Source of the DNA: Acidimicrobiales bacterium
Lineage (GTDB): Bacteria > Actinomycetota > Acidimicrobiia > Acidimicrobiales > Bog-793
Assembly (NCBI GenBank): GCA_035532075.1
Contig: DATKRV010000006.1
Location: 5,739 to 69,738, forward strand
Length of the DNA stretch: 64,000 nt
Direction of reading: 5' to 3'
Shown here: one piece after another, positions 44,005-57,908 of the stretch
Layout: each line of letters opens with the position of its first letter
How positions within the stretch are numbered: the first letter of the stretch is position 1
Position numbers and translations under genes: made by a program
Notes under the pieces: generated by a model
The model's input: only the letters and a program-made list of their open reading frames with translations
Databases searched by the model: none
Told to the model about the DNA's origin: nothing

Positions 44005-46725
44005 GTGGCCACCTATTTGATTCTCGATGGACATTCGCTTGCCTATCGCGCGTGGTTTGCCCTCTCGGAGACGAACATGGCCACCGCATCCGGGCAGCAG
44101 ACCCAGGCGGTGTTTGGCTTCGTCTCGATGCTCACCAAGCTGGTCGACGATTTTCGTCCGGATGGGATGGCAGTCGCATTTGACCGCAAGGAACCGACCT
44201 TTCGCGATGAGATCGAGCCCGACTACAAGGCCGGGAGACCACCGACGCCAGAGTCGCTCGTTGGACAGTTCGAGATCATCCGTCATTTCGTCGGCACCCT
44301 CGGCATCCCGGTGATCGATCGCGTCGGATTCGAGGCAGACGATGTGCTCGGTACCCTGGCAAAGGAAATTGCGCGTCGTGGTGATGATGTCATCGTCGTC
44401 ACCGGTGACCGTGACACCTATCAGCTCGTTCAGGATCCTCACATCAAGGTGCTCTACAACCGCCGCGGCGTCACGGACTATGTGCTCTATGACGAGGCGG
44501 GGATCTTTGCGCGTACCGGCGTCCGGCCGAGGGACTATCCGCTGTATGCCGCGATGCGGGGCGACAAGTCCGACAACATCATCGGCGTGCCCGGAGTCGG
44601 CGAGAAGACCGCGGCGCGTCTGATCAACGACTATGGAGACATTGATGCGATCTACGCGAATGTCGATGCCCTCACGCCAAAACTACGCGCAACACTTCTT
44701 GCGAGCAGAGAACAGCTTCGACGCAATCTCCTCCTCACACCGATCGTCTGTGACATTCCCCTCGAGGTGACCGAGAAGGAGCTGTTGCTTGGTGGGGTCG
44801 ACCGAGAGGCGCTCACCGCGCTGCTCGACCTGCTCGAACTCCGCACGTTAAAAGAGCGCCTCCTCTCGGTACTCGACTCTATGGACGCGACCAAGGCTCC
44901 AGTGACCGAACGCGCAAGCAATGCGGTGGCGATCCGGCCGGTGGAGGTGCTCGACAGCGCAGCGGCGGTGGCGAGCGCCCTCTCGGAGCTTGCATCGATG
45001 ACCCCTCGCGCGGTCATCTGCGTCGAGGCAACCTGGACGGGGATGCCCGGTCGTTCAGCGCCGAGCGCGATTGCGCTCTCGGGTGCGGAACTTGACAGGG
45101 TATATGTGCTTGGTTCGGGACTGCTTTTGGATGCGACGGTGACGCAGGGACTTGCAACGTTGTTCGGAGGTACCGTCGGGAATCATCCGATCTATGGCGA
45201 CAGGGTCAAGGAGTTGATGCGCTCGCTGTTCGATTTTGGGGTCGACATCCGCGCGCTCGAGATCGATGTCGCCGTAGCTGGGTACCTCGTTGACCCGGCA
45301 CTTGGCCAGGAGAGTCTCGAGGGACTCGCGAGTCGCTTCGGAGTGTCGACACCGATGAGCGCGCTTGGACCTTCGACTCGCCAGCTCGACTTTGCCCTTG
45401 ACGAGCGCCCAGAGGAGGGTTCGTTCGCAGGCCTAGCCGAGCGGCTCGAGGTGATCGCCGTGCTCGGGAGCAAGTTGCGATCGGAGCTCGACGGGATCGG
45501 CGCACTGTCGCTTTGGGAGGAGATCGAACTTCCGCTGATCCGGGTGCTGGCGAAGATGGAGTGGGTCGGCATCGCGGTCGACGTCGATCAGCTCCAGACG
45601 ATCAACAAGGAGCTCACCGACGAGTGTCAGCGACTCGAGGGCGAGGTGCACCGTCTTGCCGGCGAGCCGTTCAACCTCAACTCTCCGACGCAACTTCGCG
45701 TGGTGCTCTATGACAACCTCGGCCTTCGCCCGGGCAAGAAGACCAAGACCGGATATTCGACCGATGCCCAGACGCTCGAGAGGCTGCGCGGACAGCACCC
45801 GATCATCGATGCGCTGCTCGGTTACCGAGAGGTGGAGAAGCTGCGCTCGACCTATGGCGCCGGCCTGCTCGCCGAGGTCGGATCCGACGGGCGTATCCAC
45901 GCCTCGTTCCGCCAGACCGTGGCGCGCACCGGACGACTCTCGTCTGATGCTCCCAATCTGCACAACATTCCAGTGCGCAGCGACGGTGGTCGACGCTTTC
46001 GCAAGGCCTTTGTTCCCGCCCCCGGCTGCGAGCTGTTGGTCGCGGACTACAACCAGATCGAGCTCCGGGTGATCGCGCACCTTGCGAAGGATCCGGGGCT
46101 GATCCAAGCGTTTGCAAACGGCGAAGACATCCACGCCACCACGGCATCGGGGATCTTTGGCGTACCGATCGATGAGGTCAGCGCCGCGCAGCGTGCCAAG
46201 GCGAAGATGGTCTCCTACGGACTCGCCTACGGGATGGAGGCGTTCGGACTGGCGAACCGGCTTGGCATTGGCGTCGACGAGGCGAACGAGATCCTGAACC
46301 AGTACTTCGTCGCCTTCCCCTCGGTGCGCGCGTACATGGACGCGACCGTGCAGGAGGCGAAGAGCCGTGGCTACACCGAGACCGAGCGCGGTCGCAGACG
46401 GTATCTCCCCGAACTCAATTCGGACAATTTCCGTATCCGCCAGGCGGCAGAGCGTCAGGCGATGAACGCCGGCATCCAGGGGCTCGCCGCGGACATCTTC
46501 AAAGCAGCGCTCGTCAACCTCGACCGGGCACTCGAGGAGGCGCACTTTACGAGCAACATCGTCCTTCAGGTGCATGACGAGATCCTCATCGAGGCGACGG
46601 CCTCCGAACATGACGCGGTGCATGCGCTCACGCTCGAAGCGATGAACGACGCCTACCCGCTCGCCGTCCCGCTCGAGGTGAACATCGCCTGGGGATCGAA
46701 CTGGGCCGACGCGAAATCCGGCTGA
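44005..46725 (+). CDS. polA: DNA polymerase I
   Basis: 5'-nuclease LILDGHSLAYRA, motif A DYNQIELRVIAH, motif B RAKAKMVSYGLAYG and motif C QVHDEILIE. Confidence 0.95.
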   Translation: MATYLILDGHSLAYRAWFALSETNMATASGQQTQAVFGFVSMLTKLVDDFRPDGMAVAFDRKEPTFRDEIEPDYKAGRPPTPESLVGQFEIIRHFVGTLGIPVIDRVGFEADDVLGTLAKEIARRGDDVIVVTGDRDTYQLVQDPHIKVLYNRRGVTDYVLYDEAGIFARTGVRPRDYPLYAAMRGDKSDNIIGVPGVGEKTAARLINDYGDIDAIYANVDALTPKLRATLLASREQLRRNLLLTPIVCDIPLEVTEKELLLGGVDREALTALLDLLELRTLKERLLSVLDSMDATKAPVTERASNAVAIRPVEVLDSAAAVASALSELASMTPRAVICVEATWTGMPGRSAPSAIALSGAELDRVYVLGSGLLLDATVTQGLATLFGGTVGNHPIYGDRVKELMRSLFDFGVDIRALEIDVAVAGYLVDPALGQESLEGLASRFGVSTPMSALGPSTRQLDFALDERPEEGSFAGLAERLEVIAVLGSKLRSELDGIGALSLWEEIELPLIRVLAKMEWVGIAVDVDQLQTINKELTDECQRLEGEVHRLAGEPFNLNSPTQLRVVLYDNLGLRPGKKTKTGYSTDAQTLERLRGQHPIIDALLGYREVEKLRSTYGAGLLAEVGSDGRIHASFRQTVARTGRLSSDAPNLHNIPVRSDGGRRFRKAFVPAPGCELLVADYNQIELRVIAHLAKDPGLIQAFANGEDIHATTASGIFGVPIDEVSAAQRAKAKMVSYGLAYGMEAFGLANRLGIGVDEANEILNQYFVAFPSVRAYMDATVQEAKSRGYTETERGRRRYLPELNSDNFRIRQAAERQAMNAGIQGLAADIFKAALVNLDRALEEAHFTSNIVLQVHDEILIEATASEHDAVHALTLEAMNDAYPLAVPLEVNIAWGSNWADAKSG

Positions 46726-46889
46726 TCATGGGGGTGTAGGATCTTCAAGGTCTCTTTTGGCCCGTTTTGTTGTCAATTACCTTGCCAGCAAACCCGCTCT
46801 GGGGGACCCGTCCATATCCGCTGCCTCTGATTGCGCCCGCCGTGTCCTGGCAGGCATGGTGAGAGGCCCGAGTGTAAGGCCCAATCTTC

Positions 46890-48431
46890 ATGTCTGAAGT
46901 CACCTCTTCCTCCCCCCCGCAGCCCGCGGAATCCGCCGGCGTCGTTGTCTTGACACCGGTATCTGAGATGGGGACCTTTGACGCCGATGGCGTCTACACC
47001 CCACGCCAGATCGTCGAAGACGACCTTGGCTCGATCTCGTTCGACGACGCCGTCAACCAGACGATCGTGGAATTCGAAGACGGGGACATCGTCAAGGGAA
47101 CCGTCGTCAAGGTCGACCGCGACGAGGTCCTCCTCGATATCGGATTCAAGTCCGAGGGAGTCATCCCCGGGCGAGAGCTCTCGATCCGTCACGATGTCGA
47201 CGCCCACGAGATCGTCAAGATCGGAGACGTCGTCGAGGCCCTCGTGCTCCAGAAGGAGGACAAGGAGGGACGCCTGGTGCTCTCGAAAAAGCGCGCCCAG
47301 TACGAGCGCGCGTGGGGCACCATTGAAAAGACGAAAGAGACGGATGGCGTCGTGCGTGGCCTCGTCATCGAGGTTGTCAAGGGTGGCCTCATCATGGACA
47401 TCGGTCTGCGCGGTTTCCTGCCGGCATCGCTTGTCGAGCTGCGCCGGGTACGCGACCTTGCCCCCTACATCGGCCGTACCCTCGAGGCGAAGATCATCGA
47501 ACTCGACAAGAACCGCAACAACGTCGTCCTCTCGCGCAGGGCCTGGCTCGAGGAGACCCAGAAGGAACAGCGTGGCGAGTTCCTCGTCAACCTCAAGCCA
47601 GGTGAGATCCGCAAGGGCGTCATCTCCTCGGTGGTCAACTTCGGGGCGTTCGTCGACCTCGGTGGGATGGACGGACTCGTGCACGTCTCGGAACTCTCGT
47701 GGAAGCACGTTGACCACCCCTCGTCGGTGGTCTCGGTCGGTGACGAGGTAACCGTGCAGGTGCTCGATGTCGACATGGACAAGGAGCGCATCAGCCTCTC
47801 GCTCAAGGCAACACAGTCCGATCCGTGGCAGGAGTTTGCCGACGCGCACAAAGAGGGTGAGCTGGTCTATGGCCGGATCACCAAGCTGGTGCCCTTCGGA
47901 TCTTTCGTCCAGGTCGGTGACGGCATCGAGGGTCTCGTGCACATCTCGGAGATGGCCGCGCATCACGTCGACCTTCCCGAGCAGGTCGTCAATCCCGGCG
48001 AGGAGCTCTGGGTCAAGATCATCGAGATCGATCTCGAGCGCCGTCGCATCAGCCTCTCGATCAAGCAGGCCGCAGACGGCGGTGAGGTCGCGGAGGAGTA
48101 CCGCGAGGCATTCGGTGAGCACGCCTACGACGACGAGGGGAACTACATCGGTGCCTTTGAGTACACGAACGTCGAGTTCACCCCAGAGACCGAGGCTCAG
48201 GCTGCATGGGCAGACTTCGCCGAGGCGAAGGGGGCGATCGTCAAGCCACTCGATACCCCGGCACTGCCCGATGAGCTGGCACCGATGGCCGCGACCATGG
48301 GGACCGAGCCCGCGGACCCAACTGCTCAGCCAACTGCCGAGCCAACTGCCGAGCCGACTGCTGAGCCGGGCGCCGGAGCAGGCGTCGGGGCGGGCGAAAC
48401 CGGGGCAGCGGACGAACCCTCCGCTGGCTGA
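46890..48431 (+). CDS. rpsA: 30S ribosomal protein S1
   Basis: Four S1 repeats (GDIVKGTVVKVDRDEVLLDIGFKSEGVIP and others) and a C-terminal (PTAE)n tail. The start could be a later ATG. Confidence 0.95.
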   Translation: MSEVTSSSPPQPAESAGVVVLTPVSEMGTFDADGVYTPRQIVEDDLGSISFDDAVNQTIVEFEDGDIVKGTVVKVDRDEVLLDIGFKSEGVIPGRELSIRHDVDAHEIVKIGDVVEALVLQKEDKEGRLVLSKKRAQYERAWGTIEKTKETDGVVRGLVIEVVKGGLIMDIGLRGFLPASLVELRRVRDLAPYIGRTLEAKIIELDKNRNNVVLSRRAWLEETQKEQRGEFLVNLKPGEIRKGVISSVVNFGAFVDLGGMDGLVHVSELSWKHVDHPSSVVSVGDEVTVQVLDVDMDKERISLSLKATQSDPWQEFADAHKEGELVYGRITKLVPFGSFVQVGDGIEGLVHISEMAAHHVDLPEQVVNPGEELWVKIIEIDLERRRISLSIKQAADGGEVAEEYREAFGEHAYDDEGNYIGAFEYTNVEFTPETEAQAAWADFAEAKGAIVKPLDTPALPDELAPMAATMGTEPADPTAQPTAEPTAEPTAEPGAGAGVGAGETGAADEPSAG

Positions 48432-48512
48432 GCGCGTTCGGATCGGGCGGCTCATGCAACGCGCCGAGTGGCTTGGTGGTGGCGCGCCTGTTTGTGCACT
48501 CGGACAGACCCC

Positions 48513-49109
48513 GTGACCGTCGTCGGCTGCACGGGAGGGATCGGATCGGGAAAGTCCACCGTCAGTGCCTACTTTGCTGATCGCGGTGCAACGGTGATCG
48601 ATGCCGATGAGCTGGTGCGGCGACTGAGCAGACCCGACGGCCTTGCCTATCCCGAGATCGTCCGCGCATTCGGAGCGAAGATTGTCGGGAACGACTCCGA
48701 GATCGACCGGGCATTGCTCGCATCGATCGTCTTTCGCGATGCCGACGAGCGCCATCGCCTGGAGTCGATCCTCCACCCGCTCGTCGAGCAAGAGATTGAG
48801 AGTCAGCTCGAGCAGCTCCGTGGTGAGGGAGTCGTCGTCATCGATCATCCGCTGCTCGTCGAGACGGATGCACGGAAACGGTTCGGTCTCGATGGCGTGC
48901 TCGTCGTCGATGCTCCCGAGGATCAGGTGATCGAGCGCCTTGTGGGATCGAGGTCGATGACCCCATCCCAGGCGGCAGCACGCATGGCTGCACAGTGCTC
49001 GCGCGAGACGCGGCGCAACGCGGCGGATTTCATCATGATCAACATCGGGACACTCGAGGAGCTGATGGATATGGCCGAACGTGCCTGGGAGTGGATCCTC
49101 AGCCTGTAG
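48513..49109 (+). CDS. coaE: Dephospho-CoA kinase
   Basis: VVGCTGGIGSGKST P-loop and VIDADELV. GTG 48513. Confidence 0.85.
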   Translation: MTVVGCTGGIGSGKSTVSAYFADRGATVIDADELVRRLSRPDGLAYPEIVRAFGAKIVGNDSEIDRALLASIVFRDADERHRLESILHPLVEQEIESQLEQLRGEGVVVIDHPLLVETDARKRFGLDGVLVVDAPEDQVIERLVGSRSMTPSQAAARMAAQCSRETRRNAADFIMINIGTLEELMDMAERAWEWILSL

Positions 49110-49181
49110 CTACGACCCGCCGCTCCGATCCCCGTTCGCTGTCTCGCCCTTGGCGCGGGGAATGCTCGGTACGCTGGCGAG

Positions 49182-51266
49182 GTGCCGCCATTCAAGGTTG
49201 TCTCCGAGTTCGCTCCGGCGGGAGATCAGCCGGCCGCGATCGCCGCGCTGAGTGCTGGGATCGCCCGGAATGAGCGGTACCAGACGCTGCTCGGCATCAC
49301 CGGCAGTGGAAAGAGCGCGACGATCGCCTGGACGATCGAGCGCGCCCAGCGGCCGACGCTCGTCATCGCTCCGAACAAATCGCTTGCGGCACAGCTCGCG
49401 GGGGAGTTCCGTGAGTTCTTCCCCGAGAATCGCGTCGAGTACTTCGTCTCCTACTACGACTACTACCAGCCAGAGGCCTATATGCCGGCCTCGGATACCT
49501 ACATCGAGAAGGACAGCTCGGTCAATGACGAGATCGACCGGCTACGACACTCGACGACTGCGGCGCTGTTGACGCGCCGGGATGTCATCGTCGTCGCCTC
49601 GGTCTCGTGCATCTACGGGCTTGGCTCCCCGGAGGAGTACGCAACGAAGATCCTCGTGCTCACTCCGGGTTCGACGCACGACCAGCGGAGTATCCTCCGC
49701 CGGTTGATCGATCTGCAGTACGAGCGAAACGACATGAATCTTGTGCGCGGGAAGTTCCGTGTGCGCGGAGACACGATCGAACTCCATCCGGCCTACGAGC
49801 AGACCGCGGTGCGGATCGAGCTCTTCGGTGACGAGATCGAGCGGCTCACCAGATTCGATTCGCTGACGGGCGAGCAGCTCGGCGAGCTTGACGAACTCGC
49901 GGTCTTTCCCGCGACGCATTATGTCGCGGGAGACGCGCGGCTCCGCGAGGCGATCAAGAACATCGAGGTCGAACTCGGCGAGCGACTGCGCGAACTACGC
50001 GGTCATGATCGCCTCGTCGAGGCGCAGCGACTCGAGATGCGCACCGAACATGATCTCGAGATGCTCGCCGAGGTCGGGTTCTGCTCGGGGATCGAAAACT
50101 ACAGTCGACACCTCGACGGACGGGGCCCGGGTGAGCCGCCATTCACGCTGATTGACTACTTCCCGAAGGACTGGCTGTTGATCATTGACGAGAGCCACGT
50201 CACCGTGCCACAACTTCATGGGCAGTATGCGGGGGACCGTTCGAGGAAAGAGGTGCTTGTCGAACACGGCTTCCGCCTTCCCTCGGCGATGGACAACCGT
50301 CCGCTCACCTTCGAGGAGTTCGACGCGCGTATCAACCAGGTGATCTTCATGTCCGCGACGCCCTCGCCCCACGAGCTGCAGGTATCGACCAATGTTGTCG
50401 AACAGATCGTTCGTCCGACCGGACTCCTCGATCCCGAGGTGGTGATCAAGCCGACCAAGAGCCAGATCGACGACCTCCTGGCCGAGATGGAACCGGTGGT
50501 GGCGCGCGGTGACCGCGTCCTGATTACGACGCTGACGAAGAAGATGGCCGAGGATCTCTCGGACTATCTGCTTGAGCTCGGACTGCGTGTGCGCTATCTG
50601 CATTCGAACATCGACACGATCGAGCGCATCGAGATCATCCGGGATCTGCGCCTTGGAGAGTTCGATGTCCTTGTCGGGATCAATCTTTTGCGCGAGGGAC
50701 TCGACCTTCCCGAGGTCTCGCTCGTCGCGATCCTCGATGCCGACAAGGAGGGCTTTTTGCGCTCGTCGACCTCGCTCATCCAGACGATGGGACGCGCCGC
50801 GCGAAACTCTGCCGGTCGGGTGATCCTCTACGCGGACGTGATCACCGATTCGATGCGAAAGGCAATCTCGATCACCGAGACCCGACGCCACCGACAAGAG
50901 CTCTACAACCGAGAGCACGGTATCGATCCCCAGACGATCCGCAAGGCGGTCTCGGACCTCGTCGCCCAGTTCCGCTCCGCGGCGGGGAGTGGGGACCTTG
51001 TGCCTGAACACACCGGTGCCCCCCTGCCGCGCGGCTCGCGCACGCGATCCGATCGGTCACGACGCGCTGGCCAGCGTGTCGCCGAGACGATTGGTGCCAC
51101 CTTGCCAGCGCACCCCGACGAACTGCCGCGCGAGGAGTTGACAAGACTGGTCAACGCGCTTGAGGCTGAGATGCACCAGGCCGCAGCAGATCTTCGTTTT
51201 GAGTACGCGGCGCGCCTGCGTGACGAGGTCAGGTCGCTCAAGCGCGAGTTGCGAGAGGTCGGTTAG
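49182..51266 (+). CDS. uvrB: Excinuclease ABC subunit B
   Basis: [17 protein letters not shown] and a helicase C domain, plus the C-terminal UVR motif [15 protein letters not shown]. Confidence 0.95.
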   Translation: MPPFKVVSEFAPAGDQPAAIAALSAGIARNERYQTLLGITGSGKSATIAWTIERAQRPTLVIAPNKSLAAQLAGEFREFFPENRVEYFVSYYDYYQPEAYMPASDTYIEKDSSVNDEIDRLRHSTTAALLTRRDVIVVASVSCIYGLGSPEEYATKILVLTPGSTHDQRSILRRLIDLQYERNDMNLVRGKFRVRGDTIELHPAYEQTAVRIELFGDEIERLTRFDSLTGEQLGELDELAVFPATHYVAGDARLREAIKNIEVELGERLRELRGHDRLVEAQRLEMRTEHDLEMLAEVGFCSGIENYSRHLDGRGPGEPPFTLIDYFPKDWLLIIDESHVTVPQLHGQYAGDRSRKEVLVEHGFRLPSAMDNRPLTFEEFDARINQVIFMSATPSPHELQVSTNVVEQIVRPTGLLDPEVVIKPTKSQIDDLLAEMEPVVARGDRVLITTLTKKMAEDLSDYLLELGLRVRYLHSNIDTIERIEIIRDLRLGEFDVLVGINLLREGLDLPEVSLVAILDADKEGFLRSSTSLIQTMGRAARNSAGRVILYADVITDSMRKAISITETRRHRQELYNREHGIDPQTIRKAVSDLVAQFRSAAGSGDLVPEHTGAPLPRGSRTRSDRSRRAGQRVAETIGATLPAHPDELPREELTRLVNALEAEMHQAAADLRFEYAARLRDEVRSLKRELREVG

Positions 51267-51286
51267 TCCGCCGATAGGCTCGCGGA

Positions 51287-54109
<2,823 letters not shown>

Positions 54110-54142
54110 GCTCTTCTCGGCAAAGAAAGCGATGGTGGGGAG

Positions 54143-54898
54143 ATGGATCTTGAACTGACCGGCCGGCGGGCCGTCGTGACCGGCGGAAGCCGCGGGATCG
54201 GCAAGGCGGTGGCACTTGCGCTGTGTCGCGAAGGTGTCGATGTCGCGCTCTTCGCGCGCGACCAGACGCGACTCGATGCAGCGGCGAGAGAGATCTCGCA
54301 GCTGACCGGTCGCCGCGTCGAGGGATTCGCGGTTGATACCGGCAGTGAGCCGTCGGTGATCGAGGGTGTGCACAATATGGTGCAGTCCTTTGGGGGCGTC
54401 GAGATCCTCGTCAACGCTGCCGCGAAGCCGGGCGGACAGTCGGTTCCCCCTACCTATGACCAGGTGACGACGGAGGCGTTCTTCGAGGACATGAACGTCA
54501 AGGTGATGGGATATCTGCGCTGTGCACAGCAGGTCGCGCCACACATGATCAACGCCGGATGGGGGCGGATCATCAACATCAGTGGCCTCGCCGCGCGCCA
54601 GGCGGGAACGGTGATCGGCTCGGTGCGAAACGTCGCGGTCTCCGCGTTGACGAAGAACCTCGCCGATGCACTCGGCCCCTACAACATCAATGTCACCGTG
54701 GTGCATCCGGCAACCACCGTCACCGAGGCAACCACGCCGGAGATGCTGAGTCGTCCGGCGACCAATGTCATCGGGCGCATGATCACCGCCTCCGAGGTCG
54801 CCGACGTCGTGACCTTTCTCGCCTCTCCGAAGAGCATCGCGATCACCGGTGACGCGATCGCCGTCGGCGGAGGGGTACCGAGGTCGATCTACTACTGA
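54143..54898 (+). CDS. Short-chain dehydrogenase/reductase
   Basis: AVVTGGSRGIGKA Rossmann motif; SDR length and layout. Confidence 0.8.
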   Translation: MDLELTGRRAVVTGGSRGIGKAVALALCREGVDVALFARDQTRLDAAAREISQLTGRRVEGFAVDTGSEPSVIEGVHNMVQSFGGVEILVNAAAKPGGQSVPPTYDQVTTEAFFEDMNVKVMGYLRCAQQVAPHMINAGWGRIINISGLAARQAGTVIGSVRNVAVSALTKNLADALGPYNINVTVVHPATTVTEATTPEMLSRPATNVIGRMITASEVADVVTFLASPKSIAITGDAIAVGGGVPRSIYY

Positions 54899-54946
54899 GC
54901 CATCTCTTCTGCTGAACAACTGTCAGGCGGGGGTCGTCGGGAGTGA

Positions 54947-55882
54947 TCAGGCATCGCTCGACATCGCCCCGAATGCATCGATCGCACCGAGAAAGAGTCG
55001 CAGCTCCCGCTCGGCCTGCTCGGCTCTGGCTGCCCGATGTGCGCGGTGACAAAACAGCGCCCAGTCACAGCGCCGCGCGGCACCCCACTGCGCGATCCGC
55101 ATCGGACTGAGTCCGAGATGGCGAGCGACGAGGTCGATGCGGTCGTTGATCTCATCCTGGGCGAGATGTCGACCACGCGCCGGTGCGATCTCGAGGATCA
55201 GTGGAATCGTCTCGTAGGCGGGATCGCCAGCGAGCGGCTTCGGGTCGATGACGAGCCAGGGTCGCCTCGACGACTCGAGGATGTTTCCCGGGTGAAGGTC
55301 GCCGTGCAGGAGAACCTCGGGCATCTGCGTGCGCGCGAGTTCCTCGAAAACTGCCAGTCCGCGTTCGATCTCGGGACTTGCGAGTGTCGGTTGCGCGCGA
55401 AGTGTCTCATGGCACAGCGCGAGATACCGTCGGGACTGTTCGGCGAGCTGCTCGATCCCGGGAAAGGGCTCTGTCTTGAAAAGCTCCGCCATGAGGACGA
55501 GGGTCACCGAACGGGCCTCGTCGGCCGAGGCGATATCGCGCAGCGCGCGACCGGGATTGCACCACTCGAGCAACAGTGCCGAGCCCTCGCTCTCGAAGAC
55601 CTCGACCGCGTACGTGCTCCCATAAGAACACAGCGCGTCGCGTTCACCGTGCAAATCGGGATAGGGAATCTTGAGCACCGCCGGTGACCCATCGCGACGT
55701 CGGACGCGCGCCACGTAGGCGGTACCCGCCCCCTTGAAGGGGGCCACGATCTCACAGCCCCATTGATCTCGCAGAGCCTCGACCTGTTGGGGGAGGTCTA
55801 TGCACCAGAGCCGTCCCGCAGCGCCCCAGTAGAGGAGGGCATTGGCGATGAGATCCTCGGGGATCGCCGGGGTTGTGGTCAA
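54947..55882 (-). CDS. APH(6)/streptomycin-6-kinase-like phosphotransferase
   Basis: VLLHGDLHPGNIL...WLVIDPKPLAGDPAYE (Brenner and activation motifs of the aminoglycoside/hydroxyurea resistance kinase family). Confidence 0.75.
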   Translation of the reverse strand: MTTTPAIPEDLIANALLYWGAAGRLWCIDLPQQVEALRDQWGCEIVAPFKGAGTAYVARVRRRDGSPAVLKIPYPDLHGERDALCSYGSTYAVEVFESEGSALLLEWCNPGRALRDIASADEARSVTLVLMAELFKTEPFPGIEQLAEQSRRYLALCHETLRAQPTLASPEIERGLAVFEELARTQMPEVLLHGDLHPGNILESSRRPWLVIDPKPLAGDPAYETIPLILEIAPARGRHLAQDEINDRIDLVARHLGLSPMRIAQWGAARRCDWALFCHRAHRAARAEQAERELRLFLGAIDAFGAMSSDA

Positions 55883-55995
55883 CGCGCGTCCTCCCGAGAG
55901 CTCGCTGCGATGGACTCGCCAGCGTGTCGAAGCCAGCCTGTTGAAGATAGCGCGGATGTGTCAATCGCACCGGAAATCCGCTTAGCGTAGGGAGC

Positions 55996-57867
55996 GTGTT
56001 TCCCCGACCTGATCACATTCCGGACGCGCCGGGTTCGTATCAGTTCAAGGACGAGGACGGGCGCATTATCTACGTCGGCAAGGCGAAGAGTCTCAGGTCG
56101 CGCCTGTCGAGTTATTTTGTTCGGCCAGCGTTGTTGCACCCGCGTACGGCCCAGATGATGGAGCGCGCTGCCTCGGTGGAGTGGATCCAGGTGGAGAGTG
56201 ACGTCGAGGCGATCATGTTGGAATACAACCTGATCAAGATCCACCGACCTCACTTCAACGTGCGACTGATCGACGACAAGACCTATCCGTGGCTGGCGGT
56301 CACGGTGGACGAGAGGTACCCCCGGGCGATGATCACGCGCGGTGTCCGGCGAAAGGGTACCCGGTACTTCGGCCCCTATGCGCAGTCGTACGCGCTGCGC
56401 GAGACGCTCGACCTGCTCTTGCGCACCTTCCCGCTTCGCACCTGCAACGACGCAAAATATGTGCGGCACGAGCGACTTGGTCGCCCCTGTCTCCTCTTTC
56501 ATATCGAGCGATGCAGTGGCCCGTGTGTTGGCGAGATCTCGCCGGAGGACTACCAGATACTGGTGAATGGAATCATGGCTTTCATGGACGGCGACACCAA
56601 GGCGATCTCCGAGCGCCTCGAGGCGGCGATGCACGAGGCCTCCGAAGAGCAGAACTACGAGGAGGCCGCGAGCTATCGGGACAAGCTCGAATCGATCCAG
56701 ATCGCCGGTCAGCGCCAAGAGATGGTTGCCTCTGTGGACGAGGATCTGGACATCATCGGAGTTGCACACGATGAGCTCGAGGCAGCCGTCCAGGTGCTCT
56801 ACGTGCGACACGGTCGGGTTGTGGGAAGAGATGGGTTCATTCTCGAAAAGGTGGAGCCGATGACGGCCGAACAGCTCAGCGGGCGGGTGCTTGAGACAAA
56901 CTACGGGGAGACTCCGCTTCGCATCGCCGGCGAGATACTCGTTGACGTCCTGCCAGATGAGTGTTCCACCTATGCCGACTGGCTCTCCGAGCGTCGGGGA
57001 CGACGCGTGAACATCCATGCGCCAAAGCGCGGCCGCAGACGTCATCTGCTCGACACCGCGATTTCGAACGCGAAGGAGGAGCTTTTGCGCCACCGGACGC
57101 GACGCGCCGGGGATCTGACCTCGCGCGCACAGGCGCTCGAACAGCTGAAGCACTACCTCGGTCTGAAGATGTCACCGCTTCGCATCGAATGCTACGACAT
57201 GAGTCACCTTCAGGGAACGAACTACGTGGGATCGATGGTCGTCATGGAAGACGGTCTTCTCAAGCGGCCGGACTATCGAAGATTCAAGGTGAACTCTGTC
57301 GGGGGCAACGACGACTACGCAGCGATGCGGGAGGTGCTCTTGCGTCGTCTGCGCCGCATCGACGAAGACGCGAACTCTGCTGGGGGGGGAAGGCCGGCAC
57401 GATTTTCCTATCCACCGCAGCTGCTCCTGCTCGACGGGGGCAAGGGTCAACTCGGCGTGGGTATCGATGTGGTGCGCGAGCTAGGTCTTGATGGACAACT
57501 TGAACTCGCTGCGCTCGCCAAGCAGTTTGAAGAGGTCTATGTGCCTGGACGCCCTGATCCGATCCGCATCCCGCGCGACAGCGATGCAATCTATCTCTTG
57601 CAGCAGATCCGTGACGAGGCGCACCGCTTTGCCATTTCCTTCCACCGGGAGTTGCGCAACCGTCGGATGACGAAGGGGGCTCTTGACGACGTGAGCGGAC
57701 TTGGACCAAAGCGCAGGAGACGGATCTTGCGCGAATTTGGCACCGTGCGAGCGATCAGAGCTGCGTCGCGTGACGAACTCCGGGCGATCGATTGGCTTCC
57801 AGATCCGGTCGCGTCTGCCCTCTATGACCATCTGCACTCCTCGGACAACGAACGACGCGGGGCGTAA
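55996..57867 (+). CDS. uvrC: Excinuclease ABC subunit C
   Basis: GIY-YIG (GSYQFKDEDGRIIYVGKAKSLRSR), a UVR domain (YEEAASYRDKL) and a C-terminal HhH. Confidence 0.95.
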   Translation: MFPRPDHIPDAPGSYQFKDEDGRIIYVGKAKSLRSRLSSYFVRPALLHPRTAQMMERAASVEWIQVESDVEAIMLEYNLIKIHRPHFNVRLIDDKTYPWLAVTVDERYPRAMITRGVRRKGTRYFGPYAQSYALRETLDLLLRTFPLRTCNDAKYVRHERLGRPCLLFHIERCSGPCVGEISPEDYQILVNGIMAFMDGDTKAISERLEAAMHEASEEQNYEEAASYRDKLESIQIAGQRQEMVASVDEDLDIIGVAHDELEAAVQVLYVRHGRVVGRDGFILEKVEPMTAEQLSGRVLETNYGETPLRIAGEILVDVLPDECSTYADWLSERRGRRVNIHAPKRGRRRHLLDTAISNAKEELLRHRTRRAGDLTSRAQALEQLKHYLGLKMSPLRIECYDMSHLQGTNYVGSMVVMEDGLLKRPDYRRFKVNSVGGNDDYAAMREVLLRRLRRIDEDANSAGGGRPARFSYPPQLLLLDGGKGQLGVGIDVVRELGLDGQLELAALAKQFEEVYVPGRPDPIRIPRDSDAIYLLQQIRDEAHRFAISFHRELRNRRMTKGALDDVSGLGPKRRRRILREFGTVRAIRAASRDELRAIDWLPDPVASALYDHLHSSDNERRGA

Positions 57868-57908
57868 GTGCCAAGCAAGTCCGGGATTGGGTCGAGGGTC
57901 GAAGGTCG

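Noticed and set aside
46773-48848. A 691-aa ORF on the minus strand
   Set aside because: It is antisense to rpsA and coaE, which have unmistakable S1-domain and P-loop motifs. The sequence is Asp/Leu/Arg-rich with no motifs. This is the typical long antisense frame of GC-rich DNA.
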